Source of the DNA: Macrostomum lignano
Taxonomy: Eukaryota
DNA: 64,000 nt
Assembly: GCA_002269645.1 (NCBI GenBank)
Contig: NIVC01003779.1
Coordinates: 1-64,000 of the forward strand
Direction: 5' to 3'
A program made the position numbers and the translations under genes. A model generated the notes under the pieces. That model saw nothing but the letters and a program-made list of their open reading frames with translations. It did no database searches and was not told the origin of the DNA. Positions 1 to 11,627 of this stretch are shown piece by piece (the stretch's first letter is position 1; each line of letters opens with the position of its first letter).

Positions 1-14
1 GCTGTCGGTTGCAC
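1..14 (+). mobile_element. 3' tail of a SINE-B copy truncated by the window edge
   Basis: gctgtcggttgcac is identical to the 3' end of the SINE-B copy at about 54049-54062. Confidence 0.5.
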
Positions 15-137
15 ATCTGGTCGTCCGATTAGGGCAGGTGTAATACTATTATATTATTATAAGCCACATACACCACATCCACTGAACATAACATGAAAAG
101 TCAGGGCCGTGTGTGTGAATGCCTCAGCCTGACTCAC

Positions 138-1675
138 GCGCAGGGGTTCCTCAGCTCCGGACACGTCAGGCCCTCGAGCAGGTCGAGACCGGGCGGCTGG
201 TTGCCCCGTTTTGTTGCTACTCGGCCGGCGATGCGCGTCAACAGCCGAACTCGAACGGGGAGCTTCGGTTGCAACGGCAGCGCTGCAGCAGCTCCTCCAT
301 GTTGATGGCCTGGACCTTCGCCACCACGGCGTCTGCCATTGCACCTTGGCCATGCAGGCCTTGCCCTTGGTCATCAGTCCGGTCATTTTCGCTCCCATTT
401 CAATCTGGTGTTTCAATGGTTGGGTAAGAATAATTACAAACTGACGGTTAGAATATCAAAATCGAAGAATCACTCACCATGAAACCAGCAACTGCAGTAA
501 CATCAGCGCTGACGAGGCCAATATGGGGTCCAACAGGGCCTTGATCGCCCGAGCAGACTGATTGTACATCTGAGCAATACAAGCGATAGGCGCCCGGCAG
601 GTGGGCGAAGTGATGAGCTTCACCACTTCCGGCAGGCGGGTCATGTTGTTCAGCAGGGCTCCGAACTGCTCTAGGTAGGCCTTGAGCTGGGTCGTAGTCA
701 TGTTCGACAAACTCAAAGCGCCAGAAAGCATGGATCCTCCTGATCCCGTAGGGGCGCCGGTCATGGCTCCTTGACTGAAGGTGAGCCGCTGCATTAGCAG
801 ATCCAGGTCGGATTCGGTGCAGACTCGTTTTATCAGGTCGTAGCTGAAATGGCTGTCGTCTGAGGATAAGAATTCATAACACGCATATATTTATTAACGA
901 AACAAAGTGTACTAAATGTACTCAAGTAGCATTTTTATCATTCGTTAGTCAGAATTTTACTGTCAATATTTGAAGGACGTCAAAGTATCGCTACTCAAGG
1001 TTAGTAGCAGGAGTCTCTTCCCTAACAAAAAACCCTCCGAACCTCCCTGATTTGCCGTGCGCCATCGCGGCTCCCGCCTCCCCGCTACATCACCAAACCA
1101 CCCGCAACTAAGCGAAGTCAGGGTTAGCAGCCACTCACCGCGCCGATCCTTCACGGGCTTGAGCTTGCAGCTTCCGAAGGAGTCGCACTGAGGCTGTCCA
1201 ACTCCGCGGGTCTGGTTGAAACGGCACTGGGACGGGCTGGGCGGATTGGCGGAGGAGCCGTGGTTGCAGTCCGGGCAGCAGTCGGAGTCCAGGAAGATTT
1301 TGTCGATTGGGCAGCCAAAGATTTTCGTGGCGTTGCAGCAGCTGTTGCCGCCGTTCAGCGGCTCGCCGCACAGCGAGCGCGCGCAGCCGGCGTCGCCGCA
1401 GCTGCTGAAGCAGGGAGTGGCGGACAGGTTCAGTTTCGCGCAGGTCGAATCGCAGGTGGCCGACGACGAGTAGGCGTTGCAGGATGGGCAACAGTTGCTG
1501 GGAACGTCGCGGTGGCGACCAGGGAGCGGCCCCGGCCGCAGTCTCCAGCGGGCTTCGGGCAGGCGGGGTTGAACATCGGGTCGAACTGGCGCGGCGGCTG
1601 CTGCTGCTCCGATGGCAGCGGTAGGAGGCCCAGAGCGATGGCCGAAACGGCCACCGCTAGACGCAGGCTTATCAT
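138..1675 (-). CDS. Secreted cysteine-rich protein of unknown family; 5' part of a spliced gene (exons 1675-1139, 859-478, 404-138; continues off the left edge)
   Basis: ATG at 1675 opens a signal-peptide-like MISLRLAVAVSAIALGLL. A Cys-rich block follows (SNCCPSCNAY..CDSTCAKL..CFSSCGDAGC..NSCCNATKIFGC..SDCCPDC..CDSFGSCKLK). Donors GTGAG at 1138, 477 and 137; acceptors ctcAG (861-860) and cacCAG (406-405); the exon 1/exon 2 phases match (G|AC). Continuous GC3-rich coding needs four 1-bp insertions (about 1510, 525-528, 339-340, 245). Confidence 0.7.
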
Positions 1676-1891
1676 AACGGATTGCTCAATTGAGAATTGG
1701 CTCTGCAAGATGCGGATGCGAATTCTAGAGGGAATTGTCAGCAGCCCTGCCCTATGCTCCATCTATTTGTACCTTTCAAAAAAGTAGCAAGGAATTGTTT
1801 TACGCCCATCCCCATCTCCAAGCCCTCCAATCCTTGGGAGCAGGGCAGTGCAGGCCAGGGGAGGCAACGGAATGGAGGCTGACGGCTCATG

Positions 1892-1905
1892 GTTGCCATG
1901 GAGAC
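1892..1905. promoter_or_regulatory. RFX X-box GTTGCCATGGAGAC
   Basis: Near-perfect 14-bp X-box palindrome (consensus GTNRCC-AT-RGYAAC), 217 bp upstream of the ATG at 1675. Confidence 0.6.
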
Positions 1906-2837
1906 TAGCTAAAAAGACAAAAGTCTGAGATGCTGAGCTGAGCAGAGGGTGGAAAGGTTTTTTAGCTGCGGGTAGTTGAGAGCATCTGTTTCTCGTCCTT
2001 GGGCTGTACAGGCGATCCGGCTGTCCCATGCCGCCCAGCCGTTGAGCGCCTGTCTGCCTGCCTGCCTGCCTGCCTGATCTGCTGCTTAGTGGTGAGGAAT
2101 TTGCTCCCTCTCTACCGCCGCCAACCCCTGTCTTTCGCGTCACGTCAGCCCCAAAAAAACAAACCATTCAGGCTCCCTTGCATATGCAGCAACTGTTTTT
2201 TTGCGGGCGAAATGCGGCCCGCGAAGCCTGTCTATCAGGGGTTGTGTGCTCTGTCCTGCTCTCGGGTCCTCTCAGGGGTTGTGTCTTCTCAGCTGTCTTC
2301 TCTCTAATTATCTCTTGTTTTTATCTCCTCTTCTGGTCCTTCTTTCCTCTCTTCCCGCGCCTCTCCTTTCTCCTATCTCTCTTCTCTATTTTCTCGGACC
2401 CTCTCCTCTCTCCCCTCCTCTGGCCCGCAATCATGCGCTGGATTCTCTATCTGGCCTTGAGCTAAAGATAGCTTGCCGACCCCTGCCCGGTGTATGCCCT
2501 TTCCGCGAATTTAGACTTTGCCTAGGAAAGTTGCATAAAAATCGTTAAATGTTCATTTGCTTCGTTTGCAATCCGGCAGCGTGAAATGGTAAAACATTGC
2601 CTGCTTAGTGCTACAAATTTGAAAATATGAAATGCTCTCTGAGATTATACTCAACGTCCCAAGTGTTCCCTGGTTCACGCAAAGCATCGGATGCCTAGAT
2701 ACTAGACAGACTGCTCTCACTGCTCTCACTCAAGCAGCGACTCATTTCGATACGCCTAGCAACCCTTCATCATCTGCAGGCGGGGCGGCATAGGGATAAA
2801 CACTCAATCGGAAACACTACTAACGCCCGCCTAACTG

Positions 2838-2851
2838 GTTGCCATGGTGAC
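2838..2851. promoter_or_regulatory. Second RFX X-box GTTGCCATGGTGAC
   Basis: Same palindrome type, about 1.16 kb upstream of the ATG at 1675. Confidence 0.5.
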
Positions 2852-3259
2852 AAGCCAGCTCATAATATTGATCTCTGAAAGTAGCATCTTTGTCCCAGGC
2901 GAGTCTGCTCAAAATAGATACTTATCTCGAAAACTGCGGCTGGCACCGCCTGACGCCGGTAACTGAAGGCGGCATCTGCAGCTTTCCTACCATTGAAAAG
3001 CAGAAACCCATGGCGCAACTCATTCCACTCTTTCAAGCCTGCAGAGGTTAAAAATAGAAACTAACTGAGTGTTTTACTGTCGCAAGTGCTATTAGATTAA
3101 TTAACGGAAGGCTGAGTGAATGCACCTGATCGATTGGTTGGGCTTAGTGGACCAAAACACTTTGAGCAAAATTTATCGCGAGCTGCCAATGCAACCGGCC
3201 GTAAGGTGTTGCTTGAGCAAGCACATGCGAGTTTTTGCTGAAATACTGTGTCTCACGGG

Positions 3260-3690
3260 GGAATTCTAGAGATATCATGCCTTACGGGAGGAATTGCTGA
3301 GATATCAAGACTCACGGGCAGAATTGCTGAGATATCAAGGCTCATGAGAGGAATTGCTGAGATGTCAAGGCTCATGGGAGGAATTGCTGAGATGTCAAGG
3401 CTCATGGGAGGAATTGCTGAGATGTCAAGGCTCATGGGAGGAATTGCTGAGATGTCAAGGATCATGGGAGGAATTGCTGAGATGTCAAGGCTCATGGGAG
3501 GAATTGCTGAGATGTCAAGGCTCATGGGAGGAATTGCTGAGATGTCAAGGCTCATGAGAGGAATTGCTGAGATGTCAAGGCTCATGGGAGGAATTGCTGA
3601 GATGTCAAGGCTCATGGGAGGAATTGCTGAGATGTCAAGGCTCATGGGAGGAATTGCTGAGATGTCAATGCTCACAGGGGATTGCTGTGG
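3260..3690. repeat. 30-bp minisatellite (GGAATTGCTGAGATGTCAAGGCTCATGGGA), about 14 copies
   Basis: Direct 30-bp periodicity, with degenerate flanking units. Confidence 0.95.
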
Positions 3691-4446
3691 TGTCAAGGAT
3701 CAATTGTGAGTTGTTGCTATTGGTAGGCCAGGCATCAAAGGGACAGTTAGGATTTAGCGATATCTTTGACGCCAAAGCTCGAAGGTCTGATAGCTGGGGA
3801 GGCCAGATGCTTTTTTGCGTTAAACAATTTTTCTTAAGAAACTAACATAGTGACTGTACCAGATTAAAAGATACCTCTATATTTTTATTCAATTTTTTTA
3901 TTTTCTTTGTTTCCTACCCAATGAGGGGCAAAGATTGCTAGTTCACTTTTAAAGCAATCATTGAGCAGAGCGACAGCTGCAACAGCACTGTGCTCACAAC
4001 CAATCTGTAAAGCATAAACACAAGTCTTTACTTACCGAGATCCGCAAATTGAAAAAAAGTTTAAAAAAAATAAATCTATAAAATTTACGACAAACGTGGG
4101 GCTTTCACGAAGTTGTTCCAAGCGTGCACAATGAGGCACAAGCCGAGACAAAAAAGGCATTGGTTGGGGACGGCACCACACCCAACCACCGAAAGCAGGT
4201 GCACAGACGACGAGAGTTTGCACAGGTGCAAACACCTGCACACGTAAACCAGAGCAGTCTGTCTCAACTAGAAGAACTAGAAAAAACTTTATTAACTAAA
4301 GACACTACTTTCAGTAGGACGTCTGTTTAGGATTTTTTTAAAACTCTGCATGAAGTAAGCATTCAGTATGCTTAAAGACAAATAGGCTAAATCAGGCTCA
4401 TCTGCTGCTCTAATGTCCTAATTCGCAATATATACAACAAATCATG

Positions 4447-4745
4447 CATTACTGCCCGTTCCGCCGACTCCCCTGAGCAGGCACACAAGCGCAAGGATGC
4501 GTACGCAGTCATACGCATAGGCACACACTCACACAGGAGTGTACAGCGGCCCTAACTTTATTTATGGTTAGGCATGTACACTTCACTGTACCTTGGGGGG
4601 GTTGGCTCTCAAGGCGTTAATTTCACGAGCAGAGCCAAGCCGAGATTCCAATTTAGCCCCAAATTAATGTGACTGCACTTGGAATCGAGCCTGGGCCGCT
4701 GGTACATCAGAGCGCCGCGCCAGACCACTGGGCTACTACGCCCCC
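4447..4745 (-). mobile_element. tRNA-derived SINE family A, copy 1
   Basis: Minus-strand head with A box TAGCCCAGTGG and B box GGCTCGATTCC; about 290 bp highly similar to 24575-24870. Confidence 0.8.
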
Positions 4746-5596
4746 TGAGTGACCGTCTCAGGCCAGTGCTGATAAGTTTTGAACGAAGACAAACCAATCC
4801 ATAACAATCAATATTCGCTGCGCGGTGGAGAGTCCAGGAGCCAATGCTCTTACACGTTTACAACGGGACTTAAGTAAGACGGGAAATAAGTACAGAACGA
4901 ACGGGCCCGTTAGCGTCCAAGTGCACTCACCAACCCCGAGACCAGTGCTCAACCTTTTCTCAGATCTCAGCCCCCCGAGTGACGCAATTCGCATCCACGC
5001 CTGCGGTTCATGCGCGGCGGAGAGTTATGGCTGGAGTTGAATCAAAGCTGCCAAGCTGCTGACCGCTGGTTTGGGGGTGGAGACCTTAACACGTTGTGTC
5101 GAGTGTATGAAAGATTTAATGCAATGATTGCTTCTCCGGCTTCTACTTTTTTTCAAAGCGCAGTCTGGCACACTGGAATGAACAAACCAGTAATGCTGTT
5201 TTATTGAAATCAGGAAAATATAAGCTCCATTTATCACGCTGGCAACACAATCAAGGCTCGCCATTTTAAGGCCACTATAAAATACGAGTATAAGAAAGCA
5301 TACGAGCATAATTACGAAAACAGATGATTAAAATAAAACAGTTTTTGGCACACAAATACGTAAATAGTGACTTCAAGAGCAGATTAACGGCACATTTTTA
5401 CACTGACTCGAGCTATCGAGAACTAAACCTAAGATTAAAAGTGCAAAGTAAATGGAAATCAGCACGGACTCGAAATGCAGGGGCGGGCGCTGAACGGGAG
5501 ACTTAATTAAAGTTGCGCTGGTATGGTTGCGAAGATGATTTATTGACTTGGGAGTGGGTGCAGAAAGACTGGCAAAGTTGGTCGACTTCACTGAAT

Positions 5597-8500
5597 TTAC
5601 ACTTCCGACTCTCCGAGCCGCAGGTGCGGTCTCCGTTCCCGATGGTGGCGTCTGGGTGGCGGCACTGGCGGCGACTGAGCCTCCGGCACGGGCGAAACTT
5701 TACGCGTCATCCAGTTGCTGGCGTTGACTGCGGGAGCTTCAATGGGATGACGGACGGCCGCCTCAATTTCGAATTGTAGCACCGCCGCCTGGTGCCTTCC
5801 AACTCGAACCAGCAGCCCCCAGCTCAGGCCGAACAGAGCGGCAAAGAAGCACGAGGTCAGCAGTAGCAGAAAGGCGGCCAGGTTCGCCTTGGGCGCCGCC
5901 TCCGAGCACAAGTCAGCTGAGAGCGTCTCTACCGCCAGTCGTAGGTCGTCACAGTGGCCGACGTTGGCTAACAGGCCAGAGGCCAGAGGGTCGAGAAAGG
6001 CAGCGAACAGAGGCTGGTGCCTGGCCAGACAGGGTCCGAACCGAGCGTCCACGCGGTCCAGCATGCCCTGCTTGTCAGCCAGCGTGGCCTGAACATCGCT
6101 AAGGGCGGTCAGAAGGCTGCCAGTTAGGCCCGTGAAGTTGCGCGAAGCCTGCAACAGTTGGAAGCGTTGACGAAGCTCGGCGAGGCGGTCTTTAATACCG
6201 GCGGAGCGCTGCATAGACGCATTCAGCTGCGCGAGGGAGTGCCGCAGGATTACGGCGTCGCTGTTGCCTGGCTCATTGGCCAGAGCGGCAGCGACTACGT
6301 TCGCCACTTCAACTATGAAGACGTCGGTTTGCGGCATAACGAGCAGCGGCTTCCCGAGTTCGGCGATTGAGTCGGTGTAGTCCTCGGCATCGAGCAGTCC
6401 TGCCAACTGCGGCAGCACCGAGGTCAGGCTATCGAGCTCCGGTGGGATCAAGGCATTGGCGTCAGTAGCGTTGATCTGGTTCTTGATTAGGCTGGCCCCC
6501 GTGAGGAATTGGGATTGGGTCAGGTTGCTTGAAAGCAGCGCCGTGGCGTTGAGTAGACCTGAGAGGGCAAACGATTCCGTATAAATTTGCATCAGTTAGA
6601 GCCCATGGAGATTGAACTACTTGAGAGCTTAAGTTTACCTGTCAGACCGAATACACTGAACAGTGTGGAGTTCGGGTCACCGCAGCTACCCCGCACCGTC
6701 GCGATGAGGCTGCCAGGCGGTCGAGCTGGCAGCGAGATTGGCAGTCCCGTCCGCTGGTCGAGCGCGTCTTTCACCAGCGGCCACAGCCGGGTTTCGGTGA
6801 ACTCGTCCAATCGGGCATCCCACACGCGGTTGCCAGACGAACTGGCGAGGTACCGACAGACGTCGACCTGAAGCTCGCCGGTGGCGTAGAACAACGCCAG
6901 GCTGAACATCAGCGGCAGCAGCAATACTATCGCGCCGACGAGCATAGCAACCGAGCAGTCGAACGAGCAACAGTACGTGAAGCCCTTCCACTCCCGATCC
7001 TGGAGGCGGCGAAGTTTCTGGCGCCGACGCGAAAATCGCCCAGAGGAGTCTTCGTGCTCAACTACTGTAAACCCGACGCTGCGATCGACGAAACGCGGCG
7101 ACCAGCGAGGACTCGAGAAGCCGCCACTGGAGAAACCCGACGTTGTGGACGAAGCAGACGATCGGCGAAGTGGCGACGAGTTCGCGGATAGCTCGACGGG
7201 AGCGGGGCCCTGGGTAGGCACGGCGACCACCACTACCGAGGGCATGCGGTCAAGCCGGCAGGCAGTGCGCAGGTAGCGAGCCAGGGCCCACAGCAGGATG
7301 CAGCATTTCGCGCAAGTGAGCAGAAACACAATGCAGGAGAGAATCACCAGGATGAGTACAGCTTGACCTGCCGTCTCCACTGCGTCCCAAAGGTCCGGAT
7401 CTCTGGCTGCTCGGTCGAAGCCAGCCTTCACTACGGCGATTGAGAGCTCCGCTTGCTCGAACTGAGACGACACCGTGTCCACCAGCCCGTTCAGCAGCTG
7501 GCGGACCACGCCTGAAATCGCTTGTAGACCCGTAGATAGCGACTCCTTTGCCTTCTGCACCTGCTTCTGCACATTGTCAATGTCCAGCTTGACCATCTTG
7601 TTGAGAAGCGTCACTATGGCAACGCTGGAGTCTGTCTCCAGTTTTGTATCGTTGATGCCCAGTCGCAGTTCGGTCAGGCGAGTCACCAGGGAGGCACAGT
7701 GTCCAGTGGGGAAGAGGTTGCCGAATCGGTCGCAGACAGCGCTTAACGGATCTTGCAGAGAGTCCCGATGGACCTGCAGCTGGGCGGAGAACTGCTGCAG
7801 CGGTTTGATCACGGTCTCCCTGGCGCTGGCAATATCGCGCATAGTGTTTACAGTGCTGTTTACAGTGGTGAGGAAGTACTCCAGGTGACCTGGCAGTGAG
7901 AATGGATGAGCAGAAAAATATAGCTCTTTTTTGCTCTCCTGTATGTGTTTAGTTCAAGTTTCGCTTTCTTGTAAAGGGTTAGTTTTTAGGCCTCCGTAAA
8001 GGAGTGAATTGGGAAAGGTTCATCGCAAAATTCAAGTCAACCTACCAATCAACTTATCGATGCCATAGTCAGCCATAAGCAGCTCGAGCAGCTCAGTTCC
8101 AAAATCTGTAAACAGCTTTTCCACCGATGGATAGGCGGTTTCAAACGTGTCAATAATAGTCCGATTGGACTCAACCAATGCTCGAGTCAGGAACCTGTCC
8201 AGGTGACCGACAGTGGCGGAGACAATGGACCGCGCCGAGTTGGCGTCCCTCTCCCTGGAAGCCAAGGCGAGGATCCCCCCAGCCTGGGTGCAGTAGGCAA
8301 CCAGTAGGGCGACGCACAGCAGAGTGGCCAAAGTCGCTACGCTGGTCTGAGCCAGCAGTCGGTGATCTCTTCCCGATATAGTTTTAGCTGAAAGGTTTGC
8401 AGCTCGGACAACCTCCGTCGCGGCTGCTTTCCCCGGCGACGACGTTTTTGTGGTCGTCTGAGTCGACGCCGATTCTGTCATGGACCACGGATCGGTGTTG

Positions 8501-9135
8501 TCCGTCAAGTCATAGCCGTTATTGGGACCATTGCGGCTGCTATTGTGGTTGTTATTACTTTCAGTCTGAACGTTCAACTGTTCTTTGGTCCAGTTTTTAC
8601 CGGTCGCACCCTCCACTTCCGCGGTTTGTTTCCTCTGGTGCCGGTTTCGCGTCCATCTGCGCACTCGTCGAATTACCATGGCGCCGAATCGTCGGTATTG
8701 AGAGCGCGGAAGCTGCCTTGCCACGCTCTTCTCGTCCGGCGCGTCCACTTGATCGTCGTTTTTCAGTAGAATTCGTTTCAGACGGGCCCGCCGGTGCCGC
8801 TCTCTGCGCAGGGTGACGCCCAGAAGAAAGCAGCAGGCAACCAGCCAGATTAGTAGCAAAAGGCCGGACAGAATAAAATACACCAGGTGAGAGTGCAGCC
8901 GGCCATTAAGCCAGACTTTGAGCACGGACTCGAGACTATCTGAACCCGTCCTATTGACGTCCGCGGAGACAACTCGATGCAAGACGCCTGCCGGAGTATC
9001 CGACATCGACAGGCGGTCGGGTAGCGCCCCGGCGGCCCAGGCCAGCAGCGGATTCAGGATGCCGCCATTGAAAGCCGGCTCCAGGAGGTCCACCAGTGGG
9101 TTCGCCAAGCCAGCCGTGACTTGCGCTGCCGCCAT
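5597..9135 (-). CDS. Prominin-like pentaspan membrane protein (exons 9135-8046, 7889-6639, 6558-5597; about 1100 aa from this ATG, upstream exon possible)
   Basis: Two phase-1 GT-AG introns (8045-7890; 6638-6559 with branch-site CTAAC) join the three ORFs in frame. Five hydrophobic segments (LVYFILSGLLLLIWLVACCFLLGV; TSVATLATLLCVALLVAYC; AVLILVILSCIVFLLTCAKCCILLW; CSVAMLVGAIVLLLPLMFSLALFY followed by VCRYL; AAFLLLLTSCFFAALFGLSWGLLV) with two large helical, N-glycosylated loops. This matches prominin topology. Confidence 0.75.
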
Positions 9136-11627
9136 CGCGTCTCTCTGGCGTTTGAATCCCGCTGCGATTCCCGCACCCGTTTGCTGCGTCCAACTCAGCG
9201 CTCAGAGCACGTGATTGTTTCTTCTCAGTCCCGCCTTTAGTTAGTCACCAAAATTTCTCGCTCTGACTTTTGCCAAGCGAAAACCCGTGCCTTTGGCAAG
9301 ATCTGCGTTCGAAGGCACGTTATCTGGTTGTCAGCGGCACCTCACATTCATGAACAGCGGCCTTATCTTTGTAAATGGCTCTGTCGGCTACTCTCAAAAA
9401 ATTAAAGCCGTCCCTTTACTAATCTGCCACTATCTATTTATTTTCTCAGCTTAAATGGCAGGCCGCTGCTAAGTTCACCCTTTTCTGAAGTTAGGCAGGT
9501 GGGAGGCGCAGGCCGCAGCAACGTGCTGGATTGGATAGTTGGCTTGCTGCGCCGACCTGCAGCGAGTTTTGACTCAAGCGTCTTGCTTTGCTAGCTGGCA
9601 AAATTGGTCTGCTATTTCGAAATCGCATGAGCCAGATTGTGTGTATAGCCGTGCACGCTTGGCCGAGGGCGCGAGGTTCCTTAAGCATAAATGCTTTCGT
9701 ATTTTGCTATGACTCGGCGCTGGGGTTGTCGCTTGCCTCTCTCCCCTGCCCCGGTGCGACAATCTCCCCTCTAGACTGCCCCAAGCCGCTGCCCGTTTCT
9801 TCCAAGGCCGATAAGGGCGAAAGCGTACCGGGGCAGGGGGCTTGAGACGCTAGCGGACCTTGGGTGTGTGTGGCGATTCTCCACACAGTCCACAGCGTAT
9901 CGAGACTCGAGCTGGGGGCGGTCCGAGCTGCGTGGAGGTGGACAAGGCGCAACGTCTGCTCTCACCCCCTCTCAGACACTGGCCTTCGCGGTTTAGGCGG
10001 GAACCAATACCCATTCTGGCTTGGTAAGCTGCTCGCGATCCAGCCGATTTTATTGTTCCCCCTATAATGGAATTCTTCCAACCACTACTGAGTATGTTTT
10101 CTTGCTCGCTCGCGCATACTCCCGGAATTCTAGTAGCAGTCGTTCTAGGCAATGGAGTTGATCGGCTGCTAAATCACAGTGACATTTTCCTTCTCTCCTT
10201 TCTTTTTAGGCTTCAGAGGCAGCAGACAACTTTCCTTGCTGGAGGTGGTCGTCCGGATACCGAAGAGAAATAGACTTGCCTGAGCCTTCCGAGGCTGCTC
10301 TGTTAGATCGTGAAAATCACCGATCAGCCGGGAGTCAGAAATACTCGTACAGGCACAGCAGTAACCGGCTTGGCTGTTTAGTTCGAATCCAGTCCTAATT
10401 AAAAGTGGGTGTGCGTAGTTGCGCGAGAGCTGAGCAAGAGTGCAGTGCAGAGTAAATTGCATCGATGGCGGAAGGTTTGACCAAGATAATATTGCACATT
10501 CGGTGCTTCACTACACCCAAAAGGGCGTACTTTATTCGTATTGACTGCAAACCGTTCGTTCCTAAGCCATGCGCAGTTCACATCGGCTCCAGCCCTCTTA
10601 TCAACGCTTGCTGTTCATAGCAAATTAAGCTGCTTAGGAAATCAAACTGGAATAGCCAAAGAGAGAACTTGGGTGGGCTTCATTATTGCTAATCAACTGC
10701 TGAATTAGATGCTCGATAAATTACCTTTCAGCTTTCTTAGCGCGCAGTCCAGAGGCCTACAAAGAACTGTACAGGCTGTACAGTTTACAGTATATTTTGC
10801 GCCGAAACGGCTAAAATACGACATCGGAACAACAACAAAGCAAGAGCATTGGTGAGTTTGCCGTCTGATGCTTTCGAATGAGCTCAATCAGTGGTTGGTT
10901 ATGTACACTCAGCTGTAGAGGTAAAACTTTGTGCTGCCCAAGTAACAACATAATATTTTCAGCAAAGTGAAGGAACTTGAAGCTTATTGCAACATGCGAG
11001 CCAGTTTTAATCGTAAATAATTATCACACAAAAATAGTTTGCATGGTCATGTTATTCAAGGCAAAATTAGCATAGGAACCGCGAACAAGACCTCTATTTA
11101 TAAACCACCGCAATGAAGCCTGTGCTATTTTAATCATCGCTGTCTGCCAAGAGTCTGCATAAACAACTTTGCCAATTGAAAGTTCGTGTCCACTTGACAG
11201 TTGGTTGCGCAGTTCTGACTCACCCATGAAGATACCTGCGATTGTCACAAAGCGATACAGTAGACTTTCTGTTTCGACTCAAAGTTTTCAACATCTTTGA
11301 AAATACTTTTTTTTAGGCTTGAAAACATATTTTTAAACGTTTCTTGAGAAACACGTGAAACAGCCTCGGCGAACACAGCTCGTGTTTGTAAATCGAAAAG
11401 TCCAAAATAGGAGATGTACGAGCTATCTACGAGCTGGGATGAGGAGATGGAGTTACTGTGCTGGAAAGAGTTTGCAATAAATTAAAAACGCCTGCTCTAA
11501 AATGGTCCAGAACCAACGGTTATTGGTTAGGACTCATTTCGTACAGGACAATGCCTGCTAATCAAAAGCGACACCCAAAGCCAGCAGACACTTTGAAAGC
11601 AGTGGTCTGGGAGACGCACTCTGTCAG

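Noticed and set aside
3248-3709. Repeat-protein ORFs (GIAEMSRLMG)n, and similar ORFs at 14444, 19043, 30739, 35200, 46313, 51694, 54631, 55411, 59898 and 60827
   Set aside because: By-products of stop-poor tandem repeats, open in several frames or strands, with no splice integration or codon bias.
6587-6597. Overlapping TGA/ATG between ORFs 6592-7842 and 5597-6592, suggesting coupled translation or a programmed frameshift
   Set aside because: Fully explained by an 80-bp GT-AG intron (6638-6559) with a CTAAC branch site that joins the frames.
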